In this document: in pieces, positions 1 to 10,300 of the stretch
Numbering within the stretch: position 1 is the stretch's first letter
How the letters are laid out: each line of letters opens with the position of its first letter
NCBI GenBank assembly: GCA_030167865.1
Contig: JALAGF010000526.1
Location: 1-40,584 of the forward strand
Direction: 5' to 3'
Source: Craspedostauros australis
Lineage: Eukaryota
Length of the DNA: 40,584 bases
Translations under genes and position numbers: made by a program
The notes under the pieces: model-generated
What the model saw: the letters and a program-made list of their open reading frames with translations, nothing else
Database searches by the model: none
Told to the model about the DNA's origin: nothing

Positions 1-1179
1 CACCTTTGAAGAATCTATTGTGGATGTAGTGTGCTCATGATAGTCGGAACAAACGAGGAAGTACTGAATGGTTGATTTGTACCACAAGAAGAATGACATT
101 GTGTGGGTAGTGGGAGAGTAGAAGGAAGCACAAGTTGGCCATGACAATGAGGAATGTCCGGACAACACACACGATCAGGCGACAGGGTGTAAAAGTCAAA
201 AATGGAGCCACGAATCTGGGTTTTGCATAAATCAGGATGATTGTGCAAACAACTGACAGGAAGAANGCTNAAAGATGGCAAATTTTCAGTTTGGTTTTTG
301 ACTTTTGAACTGCTGATTATGGAAGAAACTGTTGTTGCCTTATCATGGGAAATGAAAAATTACCGTCTTTCCCCCCCCCCCCGCGGAGATCCGACCTGTT
401 CACCCTTTTGGCTTTCTGTCTTCGCTTGTCATCGTGTTGTTGCAGCGCTGTGATTGTTTTGGCCCTTGTCGAGTGTGATTCACACAGAGAGGCGAATTCA
501 TGCACAACCACAACTAAACTTGAACAACCGGTCCAAAACAAGACCAAAAACAAGCACAAGGCGACCATTGCGACCGGCGCTGACACCAACAAAAACAGTT
601 CCCATGAAAAACGCTGGGCACGAAGCTGACTTTCACCGCACCAAGTCAGAGAAGCCGGTCGATGGAAGAAATCAAATCGTGAGCAGCATCCTCATCAACA
701 ATGCACAAAGCTCCATCAGCGACTCCTGCGCAACATTGCACAAAGCAGGATGCCTCATCATGCATCCATCGGCAGCAACAACAACCACAACAGTAACATG
801 AGGAACAACCGCAAACACATCATCACACACAAACACAACAAACGACATACAGCATTCGAAACTGTTCTTCACCTCTACATGTGTGTATGTGTATGGTAAG
901 GTGCATACTTCACATCGCCACCATCATCGCCACCATCATTATCATTACCATCATCATTCCGAAGGATCCATCCGCCGATCATCCATTCACAACCATCCAC
1001 AACCATTCACAGGAGCTTCGATGATGTTCATGAGATGATGTCCTTGGCCAACCGAAGTCCCTTCATCCATCACTCATAAAATAAAATCAATCAAAGCACC
1101 CAACCATCCAATCCAACCACCCATTCACATACTGCTACCACCACTATATCCAACCACAGGGACAACGCAACGTGACAAC

Positions 1180-2544
1180 ATGACTTTCATTCCCATCACC
1201 CAGCAGCACCAGGAAGCACGCACCACCTCAAGCTGCTGCGCACCCGCGCATCCCGCCGAGAAGGCAGCACCCAACGGGCAATGCCAATCGCACCTGATCA
1301 CCGACCTCAACAACACCGGCGCATCGCTCCTGGACACGCACCGATACGAGGAGGCCCATGCAACCCTGTCCAAGGCCCTGACTCTGTGCAAGCGCCTTCA
1401 GCAGGAGCAGCAGCAGCGCGAAAGGCAGCAGCAGAGCTGCAGTCGCAGCTGCCATTGCTCCGCATCCAGCACCTCCTGCCAACAGCCAACCAATGGTCCC
1501 CATCAGAACAGCAGCAGTAGCGAAAACTCATGCTGCAGATTCGTGGAGGTGGATTACTCGTACGTCAACATCTTCCTCGCCGAATGCAACGACTCGCAGC
1601 AGGACCAGCAGCTGCAGCTTCAGAGCCAGCCAACCGAGAGCGATCTCTTCAACGATCAGAAACTCAGCGAGTTCCGAGCCCCGCTCCTGCTCCGAACGGT
1701 CTCCACTTGCGCAGACGACAGCGAAACCGACAGCGACAGCGATGGCAGCGACTACGAGGACAGCGACGACGACGAAGACAGCAGCGACGATCAGCAACAA
1801 ACCATGGCGATCATGACCCAACCGCAACACAGCTGCTCCGGATGCTGCCGAATCGATGAGCACGCCTCGCTGCTGTCCTTCGTGGTCGTGTACAACCTCG
1901 CCATCTGCTTCCACCTCATCGGTCTGTCCAAGCTGCAACGACGCACGCAGCTGGCATCGCAGGGGATGCTGACGCAGCGCAACCAAGCGCAGCTCATGGC
2001 CATCGCCGAACAGTGCCTGCGCAAGGCCCTGCACCTGTACGAGATCGCGCACGCCTTCTACAACGACCAGGAGCAGGTATCGTCGTCGGCAGAATCCGTC
2101 ATGGACTGCATCATGCTGATGCGCAACATCACGGCCGTGCACCGCACGTTGGGCAACACCGACAGAGCCAGCAAGTGCCAGTGCCATCTGCTGCAGCTCT
2201 CCTTCGTGTGGCTCAACATGTTCAATGATGACATCGACGACGAAGAGTACGATGACATTGACGTGGAGGAAGATGTCGACGCGCTCGATTACGGCGGCAG
2301 CTCCAACGAGGACAACGCCGTGGGCGCTGGGCAAGGCTTCCACGATGCTTTCCGCACCGGCGATTCCAAGCTCCAGCATCACGACATGGACATCCCATGC
2401 GACGATGACATCGAGATGGATCACTGCCTGCTGCAGGATGACATCCAGTACCGCACCATCCGGCAAGTTCTGAGGAACATCCAATCCGACATCCTGAGGG
2501 AGCAGCATCCGTGCCTCGGCCACCATGTTGCCACCGCCGCTTGA
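1180..2544 (+). CDS. Hypothetical protein with TPR-like helical motifs (resembles an expanded diatom-specific family), 454 aa, single exon
   Basis: Long ORF with strong C/G-ending codon bias; motifs LNNTGASLL...HRYEEAHATLSKAL, SFVVVYNLAICFHLIG and LRKALHLYEIA resemble TPR-like helices; acidic low-complexity tracts; ends in ATAA*. Confidence 0.75.
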   Translation: MTFIPITQQHQEARTTSSCCAPAHPAEKAAPNGQCQSHLITDLNNTGASLLDTHRYEEAHATLSKALTLCKRLQQEQQQRERQQQSCSRSCHCSASSTSCQQPTNGPHQNSSSSENSCCRFVEVDYSYVNIFLAECNDSQQDQQLQLQSQPTESDLFNDQKLSEFRAPLLLRTVSTCADDSETDSDSDGSDYEDSDDDEDSSDDQQQTMAIMTQPQHSCSGCCRIDEHASLLSFVVVYNLAICFHLIGLSKLQRRTQLASQGMLTQRNQAQLMAIAEQCLRKALHLYEIAHAFYNDQEQVSSSAESVMDCIMLMRNITAVHRTLGNTDRASKCQCHLLQLSFVWLNMFNDDIDDEEYDDIDVEEDVDALDYGGSSNEDNAVGAGQGFHDAFRTGDSKLQHHDMDIPCDDDIEMDHCLLQDDIQYRTIRQVLRNIQSDILREQHPCLGHHVATAA

Positions 2545-3155
2545 ACGGAGCAACGAGCTAAATGAACAATACCGTGGCAGAGGCACAACCTGCTTCTCTC
2601 CAGATCGTTTCAGACCATGGAACTGTAACACAACGGATATAATTTCAATTTTTGAGTGAACTTTATGCTAATCTCTTCCTCTTCTCTGTGACTGACAAGT
2701 ATGTATTATAGATGGTATTCATGTTGGCGAAGTGAAGTGAGGTGAGGTGATACGGGTCCATCATTATCACTTGACCTATCTCTAGCCTTATTGAAGAGTC
2801 TATATGCAAAGAAGGGCCTAACAAATCCCTTTATTCACGACAACACAAGACCAGATTTGAATTGATTGTGGCATGAAGTTTGGAGAGGAATCTCGGAATT
2901 CACTTCAGCCAATCAACGTGAGCCATGCGAGCACGAGTGCGATCGACGCAACGCAACAGCGCGCAATGCGATTCAACGATGTGCGACTTTTCGGCGCTTC
3001 AGGTTTTTGGCTTTTGGCGTGACGCGCACAACAACAACCACGCAGATTGGTCATTGTTTGGCAGGTTCGAACACATCGGGGTACGCACCACACCTCTGAT
3101 CAATCGCATTACACACAATCGCCACTCTCCAGCAACTATAATCATCAGCATCATC

Positions 3156-6100
3156 ATGCCAGGCCGACAAGCCAAAATGGACGGCTGGATGACGACGAAA
3201 AAGGTCGGTCGCGATGATACCCGCATTCGACGTGATCGAGCAAAGGCAAAGCAGCAGAACAAGCGCAAGCGGGCCTCACCCAGCAATGCCTCCAAGAAGA
3301 AGCGCGCTCGTCAGTATGACAGTGCCAGCGAGGATGATGATGATGGCAGCATCGATGATTTCATTGTGGATGATGACGAAGACGATGAAGAAGAGTTGGA
3401 AATTGATGATAATGGTGATGGCGACAGCGATGGCAGCGATTATGGCAAAGAGAACAAGCTGGGGTCTGGCAGAGGCAGCATGAAAGGCGCCAGAAGTCGG
3501 ACAACCAGGAGCGTTCGGCAGAAGTTTCTGAATGAAAAGATGGAGCAGAAACAGGCACTGCGGGAGCAGAAGAAGATGGAGTCCAAGCGCAAGAAGAGAA
3601 ATGATTATGGCGGACACCAGGATTCGGACATTGAAGCCGTGTCCACCACCAACGGAACTGGTTCAGAGCTAAAGGCAACCATGCGAGCTGCGTACCCAGA
3701 TGCCGACCTGCCAACCGATTCATCGAGCAGCAGCAGCAGCGACAGCGACGAGGGAGAGATGGCGCACACCTTCCTCCCCATGAATCAACCAGTGAGGCGT
3801 ACAAAAGCATCGATGGCGCTGAAGCATGGTTCCATCCGGGCGACGCAAGGTGCGAGGGCCAAACCGGCGCAACGTCCCAAGCCAAAAACCACGACAATGA
3901 AAAAGAAGATGCTCGACAACATTGGAGCGACAGAGGCGGTGCGCAAGCGCATTGCGGGGAATGGCAGTGCACGCATCAAGAGCGCGAACCGCACCTACCT
4001 CAACATCGATAGTGACAGCGATAGCGACGATGCTGGTGGTTATCTCACGTCGCCGTCTCCTCTGGTGAAGAAACGATCGGCAAATTCGAAGCTAAAGGCC
4101 AACGGGAATGCTACATCGTCCAAGCACTTTGCCAAGGACATCAACAAGTCTCTGTCTCCGATGATGGACGACGCAAAGACAAAGCGTAGATTCGTCAGCA
4201 GCAATAGTAGTAGCAGCAGCATCAACAGCAACAGCAACAACAACGAGAAGAAGGGGCAGAAAGCTGGGATTATCGACTTGTCGCAGTTTGCTGCACCCAG
4301 TTCCAACATCAAGGTGGCATCGCTTGCCAACAAAAGGAAGCAGAAAGCAACGAAGAGACACATTCTAGATGATTCCAATCATAATGACAACAACGATAAC
4401 GATGGCGACGACAACGATGATGATGATGATGATGATGATGTCATTGTCGTCAAGCAGACGAGCAAGAACTGGAAGGTGAACGGCAACGGCAACGGTGTTA
4501 GCAAATCCGCCACGACCAAACGACCCAAACGGCGCGTCATTCAGAATGATTCTTCTGACGACGACGATGACATCGAGATGCAGGAAGCGAAGCGACGATC
4601 GCTTGGCAAGAAACCTGTGCACATGTTCGCGTTGGATGACAGTGACAGCGACGATGACGACAATCTGGCGATGAAAATGGCAATCAAGGCCAGCGCCAAG
4701 GAGGCCGAGAAGCAATCCAAAAAGAAGTCTCAGCAGAAGCAGAGCAAATCCAGGATACAACTGGATGAGGAAGAATCCGACCACATCCTTCTGGAAACGT
4801 CTGACGAAGACAACAACGACGAGGATGACGTCGACGCATACGACGAAGGCAAGGAAGCCGCAATGTCCGTGTTGGAGACCGCCGAGCAGCTCAGTGCGCA
4901 AGTGCTAAGGGCCATGCAGCGGTGGACTGACCTTAACGGCGACGCGGGAGCCAAGAAGGGATCTGCGCCGCAGGGAATGATCGTGGATGGTGCGCTGGCC
5001 CTGTCCACCATGCGCAAGGCGGAAGAGTCCCAAACGCAATCCCAATCGGACGCCAGCAACAAGCAAGACAGTGACGGCACCCAACAAAATCGTTGGATCT
5101 CCCAACGCACGATGCGCAAGATCTGCCCCGACGTCAAGCTCTCCGAATATCAGCTCATCGGCGTCAACTGGATGGCGTTGCTGCACGGCATGAAATGCAG
5201 CATCGAAGGCAAGCGCGACACCAACGTCAATGGCATCATGGCCGACGAGATGGGTTTGGGAAAGACGGTCCAAACCATCACCTTCCTCGCGTGGCTCAAG
5301 CAGCACCAGATCGAGACCAAGGCGCGCAGACTTGTGCATGTCATCGTCGTTCCCGTCTCCGTGATGGATAACTGGATGAGGGAATTCAAGACGTTCTGCC
5401 CGAAATTCAACGTCATCAAGTAAGTTTGCGCCATCTACTGCGTTGCATGTTGCGCTGTGTCATGAATTGTTGTAACACTCCATGTCTGTACACGACACTC
5501 ACACACACGCATGTTCCGTTGTATTATCACAGATTCCATGGAAGTATGGCAGAACGAGAACAGATTCGAGAGGACCTGCGACGTTTCACACCCACCGGAA
5601 CGTACAAGGGACAAACGATCGACGCCCTCCTGTGTCCCATGACCTTCTTCCAGACCGAAAAGAGCCAGGACCGCAAGTTCCTCATGCGCTTCAACTTCGA
5701 TTACATGGTGTGCGATGAAGCTCATCTCCTCAAGAACGCGCAATCGACGAGGTACAGAATGTTGAACAGAATCAAGACGCGCCATCGCCTGCTGCTGACG
5801 GGAACGCCGGTTCAAAACTCGCCGCAGGAACTGCTCAACATGCTGTGCTTCATCATGCCGCTGTTCTCGCGAGCTGGCGACTCATCGGCAGGGGATGGGT
5901 TTGACGATTCCGGAGGGGCTTCGGCGTCGGAACAGATGCTGCAGCACTTGGTCGACCAGAAGAGCCAGGAGGGCAACGAGATCGTGGCCTACCGCAAGCT
6001 CAAGCAGTTGTTTGCGCCATTCGTGCTGCGACGCAAGAAGGACGAAGTCCTCGCGCAGCTCATCCCGCCCAAGAAAAAGGTGTTGGAACTGGTGGATCTC

Positions 6101-7033
6101 GACCCCGCTGGTCGCGACATTTACGATTCCATCCTGGCATCGCACGTCGACAAGAAGGGAGCCAAGCTGTCCGCGGCCATCGGTGAGCATCTCTTCACCA
6201 ACCTCCGCAAGGCCGCGCACCATCCCCTGTTGCTCCGCACGCGGCACAACACGCCTGCCGAAGTCAACGATCTTGTCAATAACTTCCACAAGTACGGCGC
6301 CTTCAAGGGAAGCGGATCCACCAAAGCGCGCGTCACCGACGAGCTTGCCAAGTTCAGTGATTTTGACATCCACCTCACGGCCTTGGAGCTCATTCATGAG
6401 AACGAGCACCGGCGGGCTGATCTGGACCGGTACATCCTGGATGAAAGCGCCATGTTCTCATCCGCGAAGTGTGCCAGGCTGAGAACGTTGCTGCCAAACT
6501 TGATCGCGGACGGCCATCGTGTACTGATCTTCTCGGTCTGGACGACGTGCCTCGACCTGCTGTCGTGCTTGCTGGAGAATTCTGGCATCAAGTACGTGAG
6601 GATGGATGGCAGCTGTCCAAGCGACATGCGGCAGCAGCTGATCGACAAGTTCAACCAGGATGATTCCATCTCCGTCTTTCTCCTCTCCACGAAGGCTTGC
6701 GGCGTCGGCATCAACCTCACTGCCGCCGACACCTGCATCATCCACGACCTCGACTTCAACCCCTTCAACGATCTGCAGGCTGAGGATCGGTGCCATCGTA
6801 TCGGCCAGAAACGGCCCGTGACGATCTACAAGCTGGTGGCACGGGGCACGGTGGATGAAGACATTTACCGCATGCAGGAACGCAAGTCGAAGATGAATGC
6901 GGCCATCATGGACACCAATACTGCCGCCGAGAACAAGAAACAGCGCAAGCAGATACTGCAATCTGCGATTGAGGGATACAAGAGCCCGACCAAGAAGTCG
7001 GTGACTGGCGACGATGCAATTGAGATCGATTAA
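3156..7033 (+). CDS. SMARCAD1: SNF2-family chromatin remodeler, SMARCAD1/Fun30/ETL1-like; exons 3156-5419 and 5533-7033
   Basis: YQLIGVNW, GIMADEMGLGKT (Walker A), CDEAH (Walker B), LLLTGTPVQN, LRKAAHHPLLLR, FLLSTKACGVGINLTAAD, HDLDFNPFNDLQAEDRCHRIGQ. Intron 5420-5532 (GTAAGT...CACAG) joins VIK-FHGS in frame. Start ATG at 3156 chosen as first plausible ATG. Confidence 0.9.
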
Positions 7034-7387
7034 CGAGGGCAGAGCACAGAATGGTTGCACCGCACAGGTCTGGGATCGCGTTTATTGTAGTAGTAGCTAT
7101 GATACTCTGCTTGCTATACCATTATGGAACAGTTTCATTTACTGTACATGTATTGTTGCTCAATTGTTTGAGCTTGTTTGCATACTTGTTTGCTTGTTGA
7201 TGATGTTTGTCAAATGCATGACGGTGTGGCTTTGCGCACCACATCTTCGTATTACACAAAGTATTGACGGCAGTGGCAGCAGTAGCAGCGGCTTGGGTGA
7301 AAGATGAGGCAACAAAGGAATGGACCAGATCTTGGCGTTCTTGGCCATGCACCTCCACCTCCACTTTCCAATTGCTCATGAGTAATC

Positions 7388-10300
7388 CTACACACTCTTG
7401 GAACGTGGAATGAAGGTCACCAAGTACTCGGGGTAGGCCTGTGCGTCCTGGTAGGCAACGAACAAGTTCGGGTCGACGAGGCGATCCACCGTGGTGTCAA
7501 ACCGTTGGAGAGGCTTGCCGGACTTGTAGTCGGGGCTTGGCTCGTTGTTTCTGCCGACGCACCAGTCCCCCACGATGACGCGGCTCAGGAACATCCGCTT
7601 CACACCTCTCTCGTCCGGTGCGGAGTAGGTGTCGCAGCAGGAGTACGAGGCGTTCACGGCAAAGTACACGCCCATGCCATGCTTGGCGGCGTTACTCCTG
7701 CCTGCAAAGTTCCGATCGAATCCCTGCGTGTAGATCTTCTCCACAGTGTCGGCGCGCGTCCCATGGAACAACCACTTGCGCTCGATATCAGTGGGATCCT
7801 TGTTGTGGACGCGACGGTTGGGATCCTCGCGGTCCCGCTTGGCGATGGTTTCGCGTTTCACTACGTACGGCTGCCAAAGCGACGAGTTCTGCACGCGTTC
7901 CACTTTGAGGATTTCAAATCGGTCCTTCTCGTCGGCAAGCGACAGGTGGATATAACCCACCACCTTGTCGTATTCCGGCTTCGCCTCTGGATCCGTTTCG
8001 GCCAGGTCCACCAATCCTTCAAAGTATGTCAGCCCGTTGCTGGTCTCCTCGTATTGCCACGAGCTTGGCGGCGCGAGCTTCGCATTGTCACCGAGCGCCC
8101 CGGCCAGCTTCCTCATATCACTGGCGCTGGCGGCGCTCGTCAATTCAGCTGGAAACCAACCTGACTGAGGCCGCGTGTGCCAGATCTGGCTGAGCATCAT
8201 GGAGTTGCCCATCTCGACGGAGCTCTCCGAATCATCAGCGATCTCAGTCGCATCGTCCATCTCACCCTCCAGCAGTGGATCGTGCAAGACGTGCCCATAC
8301 GCCCACTTGCTGTTCTTGGGATGGATCTTGGAGATCTGGATGAGCTGGCCCTCGATGAGGGGCAGAAGGTCTTCGGAGTCCACGTGCCGCAGATCGCTGG
8401 GAAGTTCAGGCAGGTTCTCCTTGGCATGCTCGTCGATCACCGTGATGAACTCTCGCCGTTCGATCTTGCGGATGCGTTGCGTGCGCATGTTGCGCTGGAA
8501 CATGTGCTGGAAGTTGAGGACGTAGTCATCGCCTGTCGCCATGGTGACGCCGTAGTCCTCCACGGACGTTGCTGCCATGATGGTGAATTCTGCTGCCGCA
8601 CCGCCCTTCTTTTGGTACTGTTGGTAGATGGACTCTATGGAGTCGTTGAGGACCTGGGAGGCGTAACGCACGAAGTTTGTGTTGGGCAGAACCTCACCCT
8701 TCTCGTACTTGGACAGGGATCGGGTGTCCTCCTTCCAGTACCAGACCACCTGGACGTGGGTGGTGTGGTGTTGCTGCAGCAGCCGGTCGTAGTCGTCGAT
8801 GCCGCGGATGGCAAGGGCGTGGTCGACGTGGACGATGCCTTGCATCTGCTTCAGCAATTGCGCTGCCATGGCTCTCACCTTGAGCTTGCCCTTCCGCTTC
8901 GCCCTGAGGATGAAGCCGTACGCGACCGCCGGCATGATGATGAGAGCGGCGATGGCGAACACGAAAGAGAGTGTCGAAGGCTCTGATTCCGATTTGATCA
9001 AAGGACAAAAGTCCTGGTCGGCTCCGCTGCACTTGAATCCATCATCGCAGTTGTTGTCGCAGTCTGTGGTGGAGAGGTTGTTGGAAAATCGGAGGTTCTG
9101 GTCTGCTGCGTCATCGTCGCTGATCTCGTAGCACACCTTGCACGGCGTTGGCTGCGATTGGGGAAGCTCATACTCCGACACGACGTAGAACATGCGTCCT
9201 TTGTGGCGATAGCGGGCCGTCCAGGCGCGCTTCTGCGATGCTTCGCCACTGGCCTGGACCAACCACGGGTACTCATATACGCCGCCGTCAAGGTTGGCTT
9301 GGGCGCTGAGCCCTTCGTGTAGCTCCGAGCCCTTGACGGACACGACGCCCTTCTCATCCAGTATCTCTTGCCACGTCTTGCCGACGAGCGAAGGATCGAG
9401 GGTGCTCGCGAGGAGGCATCCGGAGTTGTCCACCGTCGCGCATTCGGCGCCATCGGATGAAAACACCGAGACGGCGAAATCATGGAAGCGATACCGAGCC
9501 TCACCATTCGTGATGCCCTCCAGAACGTCGTCGATGGACCTGCTCTGCTTGTGCTGAATGGTGACGATGGCCTGCGACGTGGCGACGGTGACATCGGCCA
9601 TGGCTTGACCCAGGACGGCCTGCGCATTGATCTCGCTGCAGTCGAAGCCGAGGTTGGGTTCGCAGTCGATCCACTTGCCGCCGTTGTCCCGCAATCCGCC
9701 ACCGACGAATGGCTCGATGCGGGCTCGTCGATTGGTGAAGCCAACTCCGGCGTAGATGTCGCGATGATCCAGCTGCAGCTTGAAGACGTACGAGATCTTC
9801 TCGAAGATGATGTTGGGCCTGTCCGGCGTTGCCCAATTGTACACCACGAAGCCACCGTCGCTCTCAGCTGTGTCGATGAATGCTTGATTGAGCTCTTGCG
9901 TATCGAGCGGGATGCCATTCTCGCCCTCGAAGATCTGCCGCATGGTCTTGCCCCGGAGTTCGGGCTCTACGCCGAGCGCAAGGCAGGTCGAATTGTAGTC
10001 GTAGGCGAAGATGTAGAATTCGCCTTCACGGAATTGCGGTTCGGTGGACCAGGCATCGAGCACGGCCTCTGGGCTGCGCGGCGACGAGATGGCGTAGGAC
10101 AGAGCATGGCTGGTCAATTCCAAGGCGGTTCGGAAGGCGCATGGGAGGTTGGTATCCTCCGTGCATGGCTGGCCGAAAGGACCGCTGAGGGCTGGACCTC
10201 GTTGGAGGTAGAATCCTGAGCCGAGGTAGAACTCCTTGCCTTGGATCTCGACCTTGGTGATGAAGGCGATCTTGGTGCGCGGTGCCTCGCCTTGCGTGTT

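Noticed and set aside
1-400. AT-richer start of the window ending in a poly-C run, with two Ns; possible transposon end
   Set aside because: No partner terminus or coding motif is visible and sequence quality is reduced.
1528-2631. 367-aa antisense ORF, and similar shadow ORFs over the PARP, ETFB, LSMT and ADA2 genes
   Set aside because: Expected shadows of GC3-biased genes; no recognisable motifs.
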